Assembly (NCBI GenBank): GCA_951406725.2
Contig: OX597819.1
Coordinates: forward strand, 186,001 to 250,000
DNA: 64,000 bases
From: Octopus vulgaris
Lineage: Eukaryota
Direction: 5' to 3'
Both the position numbers and the translations under genes were made by a program. This document shows positions 1 to 14,135 of this stretch, piece after piece (the stretch's first letter is position 1; each line of letters begins with the position of its first letter). The notes beneath the pieces are model-generated. The model did not search any database. It was not told where the DNA came from and saw only the letters and a list, made by a program, of their open reading frames with translations.

Positions 1-640
1 TCAAACTTTGGACCCCGCACCAAAGTAAAACTGTTCTAATTGAACTCAACCTTTCTCTTATACATACATACATACATACATACATACATACATACATACA
101 TACATACATACATACATACATACATACATACATACATACATACATGCATGCATGCATGCATGCATGCATGCATGCACAGGTGTGGTTGTATAGTAAGAAA
201 CTTGCTTCTCAACCACATGATTCTGGGTTCAGTCCTACTAAGTGGTACCTTGGGCAAGTGTCTTCTACTATAGCTTCAGGCCTACCAAAGCCTTGTGAGT
301 GGAGTTGGTAGATGGAAACTATAAGAAATCTGATGTGTATATATATATAAATATAAATGTATGTGTACAAATAGTACAGAAAAAATAAATAAATAGTTAC
401 CAGGGTAGCAAAAATTCACGTAAGTGCCAAGGATGTTACGGCCTACTTATAAAGGTAGAAATTCTAGGGTTAAGTGAAATCTTTTTCTATAACAGATAAA
501 TTAAGAAATGGAGTTAAACGCAGGTGTTATTCAACTCCATTTCTTAATTTATATATATACATATATATTGGTAAAACGGTAAGATAACAAAAGAAAGAAA
601 GAGACCTCAATATAAATAGAGGAAATAGAGGAAATTTATC

Positions 641-828
641 TATACAATAATATGTTACATTACTCGATAGTCAAGATAAAACTCGGAGTTTCAGATGCCG
701 AAGTGGGAATCCACAACACCATCTCTTTGGTTATCTGGCTAGATAACCGAAGAGATGGCGTTGTGGATTCCCACTTCGGCATCTGAAACTCAGAGTTTTA
801 TCTTGACTATCGAGTAATGTAACATATT

Positions 829-836
<8 letters not shown>
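641..836. repeat. Palindrome with 96-bp arms
   Basis: 641-736 versus 741-836, few mismatches, 4-nt spacer. Confidence 0.92.
741..803 (+). ncRNA. Type I hammerhead motif, CCGAAGA (C4) core
   Basis: agataa-CCGAAGA-gatg..gtgg attc ccac..catct-GAAA-ctcagag-TT-ttatct. Confidence 0.65.
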
Positions 837-883
<47 letters not shown>

Positions 884-1676
884 CAGAATGTGTGTTTGTC
901 ATGTCATTATAACTCGATATCCACCCAACCAATTTTAATGAAACTTTACACATGTATTACAGAGGGTTAGGGTTGTGTCATGGGCCAAAAAAATTTCAAC
1001 TTCTTGCCTAATGCGGGCCCAGAGGCAGATAAACTGCATTTTTAAAGCATTTTCGCAGCATTAAGGCATTAAGAGTATCCAGTAACTTTCCTCTAAATTT
1101 GCAACAAACATTAATCAGGCTCTTCAAATTGATGTTGACTAAAAAAAATTTCCGACACCAACCATGCTCCCTTCCCCCCAAATGCAGATTAATCAGATTT
1201 GAGTATACAGCACTGGGTTTTATCTTTGTTTTAGGCCATTTTCTGACAATAAAATATTGACACTATTTATGCATTATAACTAGCATATATTTCATGAAAG
1301 CCTTTTGGTCCATTTTGGCAGAGGAAATGAGAACATTAAAATTTTTATCAGCGCCCTGTTGTTACTATCCCATGCACCACTGGGCCATGTCCATGTGTGT
1401 ACAGCTGAGTAAAGGCACAACAAACCCATTCATCCGTTCTCCAGAAGTGCCCTGTTGGTGTTTTACGTTTCCAATTCTGTGCAACACAGCATGGCCTGGC
1501 AGCATATCTGCTTTCTATGTCATCCATGTCTGAACTATATAATGCAAAATGTTCATGCAAAAAAAAGAAACAAACAAACTGTTGTGGCTCACAGCCATTT
1601 GAGTTTGACCACTTCCAAAAGCTACGCTCACCACCTGCAATTACCCCCCCCCCCCGCTTAGTTGGACAAGTAAATA

Positions 1677-2030
1677 CAGGATGTCCCAGAATTGAGTGAA
1701 ATCAGATACATTTTCGTAAAACACACTTTTATTTATGTTTATCATGTTTAATATGTGTTAAAAGTGTATAAATTTTGTTTAAAATTTCATTTTCATTCCT
1801 GTTGGACCCCTCTTATTTGTCCATGACAGCATTTTTTCAATTTGGCAGCAATCATTTTCTTTACCTCCATACCCAAGATGGAGCAATTGTTTAGCTGAGC
1901 TTAAAGAGCACATTCAGTTAGCAGTGCAGGAGCTAACTTCTGAAATGCTTCAAAGTGTGTTTTGCAATGCTAAGGAGAGACTTGAAGTATGCAGGGATAC
2001 AGACATATTGAAAATTTCCTATAAAAGTTT
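1677..2030 (+). mobile_element. Tc1-like remnant
   Basis: tacaggatgtccc TIR-like start and a decayed transposase C-terminus (LAELKEHIQLAVQELTSEMLQSVFCNAKERLEVC). Confidence 0.55.
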
Positions 2031-2270
2031 GATGTAAGATTTATAAATCTATTTGTTTTGGTAATAAACATAAAACTCTGTCAGTTTTTTTTTTTTAAAT
2101 ATGCTCAATTTCATTGAAACAGATAGTTAATTGTTCGACAGAAGCCCTTCAAGGTGATGCTCCAGCATGGGTGCAATCAAATAACTGATACAAGTAAAAG
2201 ATAAAAAAAAAATAAGCATGCAGAGCACTTCTCTACAGTAGTTTCCATCGTTCTTATTCTATCTTGGCAG

Positions 2271-2390
2271 GACTTGAAGCAGAAAGTTGAAATTAATGAA
2301 CACCAAATTTCTCAAATCAGCCAAACCCAGGAAGATTATACTAAAGAATTAAGAGGCTATAAAAGGCAAATAGAAAATTTCCCGAATGAA
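2271..2390 (+). CDS. CCDC154: CCDC154-like coiled-coil protein, internal exon A (DLKQKVEINEHQ...IENFPNE)
   Basis: Acceptor ttcttattctatcttggcag, donor gtaagt, 120 bp, phase 0/0, coiled-coil composition; joins the next exon in frame. Confidence 0.75.
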
Positions 2391-2791
2391 GTAAGTAATA
2401 CATATTCACTTACATATACGTCTGCTTCCTTGGTTTTATTTTACCAGTTTTTGTGAAATTTAGACAGTATCAAGAGAGTAGTTTTGTATGCATGTGTGTG
2501 TGTGTATGTATGCATGCGTGTGTGTGTGTGTATGCATGCGTGTGTGTGTATGCATGCATGTGTGTGTATGTATGCATGCATGTGTGTGTATGCATGCGTG
2601 TGTGTGTATGTATGCGTGTGTGTGTGTGTGTGTAAAAAACAGGGAGTTTGGTAGCCAGAAAAGCATCTTGCTATATAAACCTTGCCTTGACCAGTTCTGT
2701 CCGATTCATGCAAGCACAGGAAATGCAGATGTTAAAGTGAGGATGAGAATGATGGTGGTGGTGGTGGTGGTGGTGGTGTGTGTGTGTGTGT

Positions 2792-3127
2792 GAAGGTGCA
2801 TGGCTCAGTGGTTCGAGCATCAAGTTCACAATCATGAGGTAGTGAGTTTGATTCCTGGACTGGGCTGTATGTTGTGTTTTCTTGAGCAAGACACTTTATT
2901 TCACATTGATCTAGTTGACCCAGCTGCAGAAATGAGTTGTCACTGGTGCCAAGATGTGTCAGCCTTTGTCTTTCCCTTGGATAACATTGATGGCATGGAG
3001 AGGGGAAACTGGTATGCATGGCTGACTGCTGGTCTTCCATAAATAACCTTGTCCAGACTTGGGCTTCCAGTGGTAACTTTCTAGGTGCAATCCCATGGTC
3101 ATTCATGATCGAAGGGAGTTTTACCCT
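2792..3127 (+). mobile_element. SINE family B
   Basis: Colinear match to 36866-37200. Confidence 0.85.
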
Positions 3128-3308
3128 TTGTGTATGTGTGTGTGTGTGTAAGCATGTATGTATGTTCTCTTCTGTAGAAAACTTGCCTGAACGAGTTCTG
3201 TCTGATTCATGCAAGCATAGGAATGTGGATGTTAAAAGGAGGATGAGGATGATTCCAATGATATATATATATATATATATATATACATACATATGCACAC
3301 ACACATAT

Positions 3309-4282
3309 TAGGTTGTCCTGAAAGTTCCGAGCATTTTTAATATTCAAAAAGGGTTATAAGTAATTGATCTTTCAATAAATTTTATTCAATGAAATAATTT
3401 CTATTATTATTAATGACCTTTGCCCATCAATCAGGCAATTTAAAATATTCCATCAAAATAAAATTTGACTGGTTTTGAAGAAAAAAAGTTATCCAGATGC
3501 ATTTTGACTCCATCTAAATCGTTAACTGTTTTTCCTTGCAATGAGTTATTTAGAAACAAAGACAAATAGTAGTTGGATGGCACAATATCAAGAGAATACG
3601 GTGGATGGAGTAAGAGATCCTGGTCAAGTTCTTGTAACTTTGGGTAACCAAAGTCACAGGTGATCGGGCACTTTACAATTAATGGTCTTTCTTGTTGGCA
3701 ATCTCTGGCCTCAATTCTTTGATTTTTTGGTTCAAATTAGCCAGCTGACGACAGTACACTTTACAATTAATGGTCTGGTTTTGTGGGAGAAGCTCATAAT
3801 AAATAATTCCTTCATGATCCCACCAAACAGAAAGCATAACATTTTTGGCATGAGTATTCATCTTTGGTTGCTGTTTTGGGGTATTCTTATGCAAACTCCA
3901 GGATTTTTTCTCACTACATTTTCGTACACAATCCATTTTTCATTGCCAGTAACAAGTTGTTTCAATAAAGGTATACTTTGAACAGTTTATTCACCTACAG
4001 CAACATCACCATAAACTTTACAAATGCTTTTGCAAGTCTTTGCAATATTTTCTGTTTTTTTAAAAAAAGAAAAAGCATTGCAACGTGAATATGAAATTTT
4101 GGTTATCCATTTCAAATGTCAATAACAGGTAATCAGAATGAAAGATAAATCTATTTTTAGTCAGGAACAAAGAAGAGATGTACTTCAAGTAAAAGTTTTA
4201 ACTGTGTTATATTTCAGGTGTGTTCAATGAAGCGTTAAAAGATTCAGCTTAAAAAAATGCTCAAAACTCTTCAGATAACCTA
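3309..4282 (-). mobile_element. mariner transposon, internally deleted and decayed
   Basis: Imperfect TIRs (taggttgtcctgaaagttccgagcattttt / aaaaatgctcaaaactcttcagataaccta); transposase piece KNVMLSVWWDHEGIIYYELL and a HPPYSLDIVPSNY motif. Confidence 0.9.
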
Positions 4283-4317
4283 GTGTGTGTGTATATATAT
4301 GTGTGTGTGTGTGTGTG

Positions 4318-4945
4318 GTCATCTGGTTGGGATGAAAGATTCAATGATACCAAAACAACTCTTTTATGGGGAGTTAGCTAAAGGAGAATGACCTCCACAT
4401 AAACCAAGAAAAAAGGTATAAAGACTTACTGTTTCCTTGAAAGATGCTAGCATCTCTCCTGACACATGGGAGGGCATAGCTACTGACCATAGCAGGTGGA
4501 GAAGGATTGTACATGAGGGGACAGCTACTTTTGAGAAATCTCGAGTTGCACATGAGAAAGGAGGGAAGGCATCGTTGTTGCACTTCCAGACAATAAGGGT
4601 CTTCCTATGATGCTGACATGCAGTGTCTGTGCAAGACCCTCCCTCAGTAAAGCTGGACTCAAGAGTCATCTTCATAGTCATAAAGCGAGACTGATGATTG
4701 ACTACTAGGCCGCTGGTGGTCGTGTTACACACCATACTAATCATATCTATCAGGCATGTGGAAGGGTGTGTGATTCAGTTGGAGGACTTAAACAAAATGC
4801 AAAGGCACATGAAGCCCAATTACAATTACAGCTGGCTATTGCTGCCAATTCTGTCCAAGACATTTTAGGTCTTTAGCTGGGCTAAAAAGTCACATTTGAT
4901 CACAGCACCTTAACAGTTAAGCTTCGTGCATTTGCCATACTCGAT
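4318..4945 (+). mobile_element. RTE (BovB-like) LINE 3' end with C2H2-finger remnant; second copy at about 16670-17100 (-)
   Basis: IPKQLFYGELAKG.RP.HKP.KRYKD-like motif; the second copy reads HICRACGRECNSAGGFKRHAKVH. Confidence 0.75.
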
Positions 4946-5821
4946 ATATATATATATATATAATGGGGGTAAAGACCCCCTTCAATCACAAATGACCATG
5001 GGATTGTACCTTGTCTTTCTGTAAGGAAGGAGCCGTTTTCTAATAATGACACAAAGCTCCATCATTTGAATGTAAATAACAAAAGCAACGTCACATTTTG
5101 AACTTGAGGTATGTCATGTATATTTTTCTTTTTACATTTTGTAATGTGTGTGGTAGTTGGTTGATTTCTTTTTCTGGAAACCCCAGCTTTTCCAGATTGT
5201 CATCCATATATGTATGTATGAATGTATACATGCATCCATCTGTGCATGTATTTATGTATGCATGTATGTATGCATGCATTTATATATATTTGTATTTATG
5301 TATGTATGCCTGCATATATGCATGCATGCATACATGTATTATGTATTTATGTATGCATGTATGTATGTATGTATGTATGTATGTGAGTATGTATGTGAAG
5401 GAGTGAGGGAGTGAGTGAGTGTGTGTGTGTGTGTGTGTATGTGTGTACATGGTTTTGTATTTAAGGTATTCGGCTCACGATTGTTAGGTTGTGAGTTCAT
5501 TTCTATATGATGCATTGTGTCCTTGAACAAGACACTTTATTTCTCATTGCTCCTGTCCACTCAGGTGGCAAAAATGAATTGCACCTGTAATTCAAAGGGC
5601 CTGTCTTGTCACAGACTGTGTCACACCAAACCTCCCTGAGAACTACATTAGAGGTATGCATATTTGTAGAATGCTGAGCTGCTTACCCGTTAATTTCACA
5701 AGAAGGCTGTTCCATTGATTAGATCAACTGAAACACTTGCCCTCGCAACTGATGGAGTACCAGCTATGTATATGTATTTATGTGTAGATCTTCAATATGT
5801 GTCCTCTTTTAATTTATACAG

Positions 5822-5898
5822 ATCTATTCCCTTGATGAACGATTAAAACTTCTTAAAGCTGAGATAGAAAGCCGAGTGAGTACAGAGGCTCAGATAAG
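5822..5898 (+). CDS. CCDC154: CCDC154-like exon B (IYSLDERLKLLKAEIESRVSTEAQI-R)
   Basis: Acceptor tttaatttatacag, donor gtaaac, 77 bp, phase 0/2, compatible with exons A and C. Confidence 0.75.
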
Positions 5899-6559
5899 GT
5901 AAACCAGTACTTTTCTCAATTCTTCTTTGCCATTTGTCCTTGTGTCTCTATCTACTTTAGACAATTTTAATGATGAATGAAATTTGTAAATATATTGCAC
6001 AAAATAAAGATAATGCAATGCGAAAAATGGCACAGTGCCAGATTAAATTCTTCACATTTTCCAGTATTATATGTCGGACTTAATTTAATTATTTGCGTTA
6101 TTTATTTTCCTGCGTCTATCCTTTGAACTGAAAATCTTTTGATGAAATTGCCTTTCATTAGTTCAGGATTAGTATAATAAAAAGTTGCCATTCATATACT
6201 GGATTGATTCAATCAACTATATGCCCTCCTCTGCAAGTCTTTGGATGTGTACCAATATAAGGGCTGGGTATTTTGACTGGTTAGAAGCACATATCTGTTA
6301 ATAACGCCTTTTTACAGAGCACAAGACAAGAAATTTGATAGGGAAGATGATAATTGCATATATCATCTTTACTACTTGGTTGTTACCTATTATATTGACT
6401 CCAAAAGTATCAAAAATAAAATTGGCCCCGGAAGGATTTGAACTCAGAATGTAAAAGGACACGAGTATATCCAACCACTTGACTGTTCCTGCCAAGTATC
6501 ATTTGTTACTTTTATTTACCTCCAAAACTTATTTTAACTGCGATTAAAACATGTAGATT

Positions 6560-7190
6560 AAAATATAAAACATAAATTCTTCACTCTCTTCAGATCAGAA
6601 TATATTTGTTCACATTTAATTCTTCACACTGTTTAGTTTCCTACTTCTATAAAAATCTGTTTAGGTTTCTACATCTATTCAGATTAAATTTCACGCTTTA
6701 ATTTTTCTTTCCTACGTCTATCTTGATTAAATTCTTCCCTCTATTTAGTTTCTTTCCTATGTTTGTCCAGATTGAATTCTTCGTTCTCTTTAGTTTCCTT
6801 TATATGTCTTAATCAAATTCTCCTATCTTTTTAGTTTCCAAAGTCTGTACATATTTTGAATTCTACTCTCTAGTTTTCTATGTCTGTCTACATAACAATC
6901 TTTTCTCTGTTTATTTTCCTCCATCAACCTCGATTAAATTCCTCAATTTATTTAATTTCCTACATCTGTTTAGGTAAAAAAAAAAAAAAACTACATTCCA
7001 TTCAGTTTTGTATGTAAGTGTCCAGACTAAATTCTTCTCTTAAGTTCCCTGCGTCTATCCAAAATACTTCTCCTTGTTCAGTTTCCTGAATCTGTCCCAA
7101 TTTCTCAATTAAACTGTTGCTTCTATTTAGTTTTGTACGTCCACCCACATTAAATTCTTCCCTCTAGTTTCCAACATCTATCCAGATAAA
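6560..7190. repeat. Degenerate minisatellite of about 40 bp
   Basis: Recurring agattaaattcttc...tttagtttcctacgtctatcc units. Confidence 0.7.
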
Positions 7191-7786
7191 TATATAGCCC
7201 TGTGTCATGTAGTCTTGTACAAGTATAGTAAATCATTATTTCAAATTAAATTGCTGTTAGAGCTAACTTTCAATCCAAGCAAAAATAATCAAAACATGAG
7301 AAGGCAAAAGATATGCCGTCGATAAACAACAGCATTGTAAAGGCTTTGACGTTAACTTAAATATATTCACTATATATAGGCACAGGTTCCACAGGGTTCC
7401 AGGTTCAGTCCCACTGTGTGGAAACTTGAGCAGGTGTCTTCTACAATAGTCTCAAGCTCACCAAAGCCTTGTGAGCGGATTTGGTAGACTGAAACTGAAA
7501 GAAGCTTGTCGTGTGCGTGTGTGTCTTTGTGCCTATGTTTGTCCCCCACCAGTGTTGGTATGTTCACATCCCTGTAACTTAGCAGTTCAGCAATAGAGAC
7601 TGATACAATAAGTACCAGGCTTAACAGAAAATAAGTACCGGGGTTGATTCAGTAGATTAAAAATTCTTCAAGGTGGTGCCCCAGTATGGCCACAATGACT
7701 GAAACAAGTAAAATATAAAAGATATATTAATCAGTCATCTGGTTACTGTAGTTGCTTTATGATGTGATATTTTTCTTTGATTTTAG

Positions 7787-7889
7787 ACTTGAAAATATAG
7801 AGAAAATTCAGCAGCAACTCGCCTCTATGCCAAAACAGTCTGCTCAACAACCTATTGTACCATATGCTACAGAAAAAGACATAGAAAAT
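7787..7889 (+). CDS. CCDC154: CCDC154-like exon C (LENIEKIQQQLASMPKQ...TEKDIEN)
   Basis: Acceptor ttttctttgattttag, donor gtaagt, 103 bp, phase 2/0. Confidence 0.78.
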
Positions 7890-8299
7890 GTAAGTATCAG
7901 AAAGAAGAACTATCTCGAGCTATCTTTCCTCCTCTCGCTATTCCCTGCCCTAGTACCCCTCCCCCTCGAAAACACCTATCTCTCCACATATAATCATTCC
8001 ATCTTTGAACATCTCTGCATTAAGATCTGAAATGTAAGATCTCCTCTAGAGGCAGGTTCATCTCATCCTATGCTAAATGCATCCATTCACATTTTGTGAT
8101 GGACTAAATCTACCAACATTATTATGGATCGCCAAGCCCCAAGAAACAGCTTTTAGACTTATAATACCTCTATTCCACCCCTTTAATTTTCTCTGTTGTA
8201 CACCATTTAAGTTGGACCTATTGATATAAATATCTATATATTTATACATATAAATTCATCATCTGAAATTTTCCACCTTTTCTTTCTCTCGTTTTGCAT

Positions 8300-8335
<36 letters not shown>

Positions 8336-8608
8336 CATATATCTTTAGTTGATTCCAGATAAGAATAGATGACACTTTCCCAATATTCCACACAACAGGA
8401 TTGAACCTAAAATCCACGTCATTGTGGTGCTAACTTCTTCACTACACAACCATCTCTGCATGCACCCATTGCATCTAGGGCATAGTCAATAGAATTCTCA
8501 TTCCATGTTGCAAAAAATAACTGTCCAGTTACTATTTCCAGACTGGAACTTTTGTATTATTCTTAAACTTTTTCACCAGTGTTCCTATTGCTTTAATTTT
8601 TATTTTAG

Positions 8609-8695
8609 TGCCAAAACAGTATCAAGCGTCTCGCAGAGTCAGTACAGACAGTGAAAACAGTTTTGGGAATGAAGATACAGTCAGAACAAAAACTA
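8609..8695 (+). CDS. CCDC154: CCDC154-like exon D (CQNSIKRLAESVQTVKTVLGMKIQSEQKL)
   Basis: Acceptor tttttattttag, donor gtcagt, 87 bp, phase 0/0. Resembles, from memory, the KLENCVQANKTIQNLRFNTEARLR segment of vertebrate CCDC154. Confidence 0.78.
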
Positions 8696-8989
8696 GTCAG
8701 TCAAATTACTTTTTTAACCTTTGTTCCTGGCTTGAATTTGATTGTTTTCCTAGATGTGTGTGTGTGTGTGTTTTTGCTTATTTTTTTTTTTTTTGTATTT
8801 TTTCAACTAATCAAGAGAGAACAGATCTATCACTTAATTATATAAATGCACTCTGTTCTAATAAGATAAATAACAAACAGATAACATAACAATTGTGTTT
8901 AGATGATTTAAAGTTTCAATTTGAAATCAGTTCTAAATCAGATCTTCTTTTAAAAGTCAGATTCTTTGCACAAAACTCTTTTACTCTTT

Positions 8990-9380
8990 TACAATTTTAC
9001 TTGTATCAGTCATTTGACTGTGGCCATGCTGGAGTACTGCCTTTAGTCAAGCAAATCAACCCCAGGACTTATTCTTTGTAAGCCTAGTACTTATTCTATC
9101 GGTCTCTTTTGCTAAACAGCTAAGTTACGGGCACATAAACACACTAGCATCAGTTGTCAAGCAATGTTGGGGGGACAAACACACACATAGACATATATAT
9201 ATATATATACATATATATGATGGGCTTCTTTCAGTTTCTGTCTATCAAATCCATTCACAAGGCTTTGGTCAGCCCGAGGCTATAGTAGAAGACACTTGCC
9301 CAAGGTGCCACACAGTGGGACTGAACCCGGAACTATGTGGTTGGTAAGCAAGCTACTTACCACACAGCCACTTCTGCACC
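8990..9380 (-). mobile_element. SINE family A, full copy
   Basis: Reverse-complement match to 18609-19012 along its length. Confidence 0.88.
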
Positions 9381-9796
9381 TTATAAATTGTGAGTATTCA
9401 GAATATAGAATAATTTTATAATTACAAAATGCTTAATCAGAAAAAGTGATACTAACGGGGATGATATTTGGCCAGTTAAAAAAAAGCAAAGCAAAGAATG
9501 AACAACATGAACGAAGTCGTTTATCGTCCAGCAAAAATCAATTTAAAGATATCTGTATTGTATTAAAAAAAATCCCAAAAACACTGTATTTTTCAGAGCT
9601 AGGTGAAATGAAATTCCCCCACATATGAAGACAAGAGCTACAGATACCAGTATTTTACAGTGTTTGCTGTGCTTATCAATGCGATGCACTCATCTCATAT
9701 TTGAAATAAAATTGCTAGTCTGAAGTATATACAAATAGTGTTTTAAAAGTATTCGCTGATTTGCAATACAAATACATTAAGTATGTGATATTAATA

Positions 9797-9838
<42 letters not shown>

Positions 9839-9840
<2 letters not shown>

Positions 9841-10686
9841 TGTGTGGCAGATGCACAGGGGCAATAGACACCACAGATACTCAGAAAACTGGTTCCATCA
9901 CACTCCAGGGGGAGAAACTAGAAGTAGTTGATAGTTTCCGCTACTTAGGTGACCAAGTTAGTAGTGGAGGTGGATGCTCAGAGAGTGTCACCACTAGAAT
10001 ACGAATAGCCTGGGCAAAGTTTAGAAAGCTCCTACCCCTACTGGTGACAAGGGGTCTCTCGCTCAGAGTGAAAGGTAGATTGTATGATGCATGTGTGCGT
10101 ACCACCATGCTTCACGGTAGTGAAACATGGGCTGTGACTGCAGAGGACATACGTAGACTTGAAAGAAATGAAGCTAACATGATCCGCTGGATGTGTAATG
10201 TCAGTGTGCACACTCGACAGAGTGTAAGCGCCCTGAGAGAAATGCTGGGCATAAGAAGCATCAGATGTGGTGTGCAAGAGAGACGCTTGCGATGGTATGG
10301 TCATGTACTGTGGATGGATGAGGAGAGATGTGTGAAGAAGTGCCACTCCCAAACAGTTGAAGGAATCAGGGCTAGAGGTAGACCCAGGAAGACATGGGAT
10401 GAGGTAGTCAAGCATGACTGCCAAGCGTTGGGCCTCACAGAGGCAATGACGATGGACCGAGATCTCTGGAGATATGCTGTGACTGCAAAGACCCAGGCTG
10501 CTTCCTGCACCAGTTTCGTATAGCCACAGCCCATTCAAAGTACCTTGGATTGCAGAACGTCCTGCTGTGCTTACCTTGGATCATAGAGTGAGTGAAGTAC
10601 ATCAACATCAATATCAATATCAAATGGAATAGCAGTTGTGATACCTGTGCCGGTGGCACGTAAAAAGCACGATCCAAACGTGGCCG
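9839..10686 (+). mobile_element. RTE LINE 3' fragment (same family as 44055)
   Basis: ORF 9801-10523 matches the C-terminal part of 44207-45103; flanked by (TA)n. Confidence 0.93.
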
Positions 10687-10803
10687 TATATATATATACA
10701 TATATATACATTAAAATACATATATGTATATATGTGTACACATATAGGTGTTTATATGTGTATACATACATACATATGTATATATATTCTTTTTATACAT
10801 ATA

Positions 10804-11012
10804 CAGGGTGTCCATAAATTATCTTTAAAACTTGAAAAATTCAGAAAAAAATGAAACAATGAAAACTCAGCAGAGTTTATTGGAAAATGTAGGCAAACAA
10901 ATGAAGTTTTATTAGAAACATCTGAACACTTCTTCATGGGGTCCATTTGTTGCATGCAATAAATAGATACAATAAATTGTGGAAGTTGTAAAGATAATTT
11001 ATGAACACTCGG
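10804..11012. mobile_element. Tc1/mariner-type MITE
   Basis: About 29-bp TIRs (cagggtgtccataaattatctttaaaactt / aagttgtaaagataatttatgaacactcgg), TA flanks, no ORF. Confidence 0.82.
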
Positions 11013-13998
11013 TATTTTATAAGCATGCTTTTATTTGATCAGTATAAAAACTTTTCGGCCTATTTTTTTTTGAATATCGGTATTGTTCAATGTGAATCTT
11101 TAAAGATATTTTTCATGTATTCTTCTTGAATTGGTTTCAGTAATGTAACTGGCCATTCTGGATCACCGCTCATTAAATGATATTGCTGAATTATTGCTGA
11201 TGCTTTGCATTTTCTATGAGTGGCGACTATTTTTTTCCCCTATTTTACCTTTTTACCCCTTACAACTCTTGCTTATTTGCTTATTTATTGTTCATTACTC
11301 TTTCTGAATTTTGTGCTCAAAGAATCATGTTTACATAACATATTTTTAGAAAGATTATAAATTAGAATTACCCCCATCATTACGCCACCTACATTATTTT
11401 CATCGCTTTGGTATATAAACTAGTGAGTGTAAGTTTGCAGGCATGACATGGTCGTGTGCTTAAGAAGTTTGCTTTGCAATCACTTGGCTCCAGGTTCAAT
11501 TCCATTGTTCGACATCTTGGTCAAATCTCTTATTACTATAACCTCAAGTCATCTATGTTTTGTTTGTGATATTGTTAAGATGGAAATTGTACAGGAGTCT
11601 ATCAGGAGGAAGGTACCCATTTTTAGATTGGAGACACAATCTGCCTCCTGGTTTAAAACAACCTTCTGATCCTTGGGTAACTCAGCCTGAGTATATGTAT
11701 TCAAACCTGATAATAGGCTTGAAGATAACCCATTAGTTTCTGTCTCCATCTCTTCCTACCAATATCTGAGGCCCAACAAAGTACCAAAACAAAAAATAAA
11801 GTAACAGTAGGTACCACCACTTAAAATATAAAAGTTCTCCAACATTGAAGATGAGAATAGTTTAGTGAAGTTGGTGTAGTTAATTTTGGAGTTCTTCTTG
11901 ACTAGTATATGACCTTATACGAGACTGTGTTGCAATTGTAGCTGTTACATCGAGGAATAACCATTTGTAGCTATCTGAAGTGCATAAAAACTGTTAGCTT
12001 CACTTTTCATTTATTTCTTGCAAAACATTTTCGTCCCACATCTGTGACCAGCACATTGACACAAACCCATTGTAATACAATTAATGTTTAGTCTGGACAT
12101 TGCACATTAATGAAGGATGAAAAAAAAAACAAAAGCAGTTTAATGATAGCAAGGACTAATATATACATACATGTGTGTGTGTGTGTGTGTGTATAAGAAG
12201 TCCACCATATATACGATGGTTTTCTTTCAGTTTCTGTCTACCAAATTCACTCATGAAGCTTTGGTCAGCACGAGGCTATAGTAGAAGACAATTGGTCATG
12301 GTGCCAGGCAGTAGGACTGAACCTGGAACCATGTGGTGGGGGAAGCAAGCTTCTTACCACACAGCCATATATATTGTAAATTTGTACAGCTTTATAGTGT
12401 TAAAGCAAAGAATTCTGCTACTGTATGCCCATTCTACTGCTAACATATCACTATGTAAGTAGAAATGGCATCTTTATTTTTTCCTCCATGCCAATGGGGC
12501 ACAGGGCATGAGGCAAAGCAATATAATTTGTCTTACTAAGGACTCCAATGTATCTTGTCGTGGATCTAATAAATTTAGCAAGATTTGAATTTATATCTAT
12601 GAGCTCAGTGATCAAAACATTTTTACCGCAAGGACTTGTAATGGTCTGAGAAAAGGTCTATACATCACAACAATTTTACTCACCCTAAAATTAATAGAGA
12701 TGATTGCTTTTTGAAGATGGTGGAATGAACGCTGTCGATAATGGTTGCCTCTTTGCGTTGGAGTGATCGACGACTGGCAGAGTTGTTTCTTTGGTCAGCA
12801 CGAGGCTATAGTAGAAGACAATTGGTCATGGTGCCAGGCAGTAGGACTGAACCTGGAACCATGTGGTGGGGGAAGCAAGCTTCTTACCACACAGCCATAT
12901 ATATTGTAAATTTGTACAGTTTCATAGTGTTAAAGCAAAGAATTCTGCTACTGTATGCCCAGTGAGACTGGGAGGGTTTTAAAGAGATTCTGAGAGGGTT
13001 TTTTTCTTATTGCTGGCAGTATACAATTGTAAGAGGTAAAAGTATGAGTACAAGTGTGGGGGTTTTTTCACTGAGAATTCTACTCAATCTTTCTTTATGG
13101 CTCAATGGTTAGAGCGTTGGGTTTACAATTGTGAGATTGTGAGTTCGATTCCTGGAGTGGGCTGTGTGTTGTGTTGTGTTCTTAAACAAGACACTTTATT
13201 TCACGTTGCTTGGTTTACTCAGCCATAGAAATGGGTTGTGATGTCACTGGTGCCAAGCTGTATTGGCTTTTGCCTTCCCCTTGGATAACATCGGTGGAGT
13301 GGAGAGGAGAGGCTGGTATGCATGGGTGACTGCTGCTCTTCCATGAACAACCTTGGCCAGACTTGTTCTTCGGAGGGAACTTTATAGGTGCAATCCCATG
13401 GCCCTTCTTGAGTGAAGGAGGTCTTCATTTACCCTTTTACATCACCACCAGCTATACCAACACTACTTCAAACGCCGGCACTTGCAAGGTATGCACCAAA
13501 CACCATTTCTATCACAACTCATTACTAGGTCTCATTGGCCATAATAGTGTATGTGCTTATCTTTGTTTTGATGTGCTGCTCCGTCTTCTTTTTTCTTTTT
13601 GTTTTCCAGAGATTGGATCAGTTAAGGATGATGCAGGACGAACATATACGCTTCCGTGCTTTAGTTGAGTCTCGGCTCTTCAGCGGGAGATAAATGTCTT
13701 CTAATCACTCTGCTTTTCTGCTGTTGACAATCACTTCTGTTCTCCGCCTAATTCTTCAAACTTCCACCGCTGCTGTTCTGATTGCTGTTGCTGCTGTTCT
13801 TGCTCCTGTTGTATACTGCTTACTTCTAACACCATGCTTTTTGCTCTGCTTCAAATGTTTTAACTCTCTACTCACTGCAAAACAATTCTTGAACAATCAA
13901 CTGTAAATGGTTCTCTTCAAATTACCGTCTTCCAAGAATTTTAGACTAAACTTGGTAAAAAAGTTACACACATGCACAAACACACATTTATCTATCTA

Positions 13999-14030
<32 letters not shown>

Positions 14031-14102
14031 CATTCATACATACATACATACATACATATACATTCATACATACATACACACATGCATACATACATACATA
14101 CA

Positions 14103-14135
<33 letters not shown>

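Noticed and set aside
860-1290. Possible Helitron-like fragment
   Set aside because: Only a suggestive 5' end; no clear 3' hairpin plus CTAG terminus.
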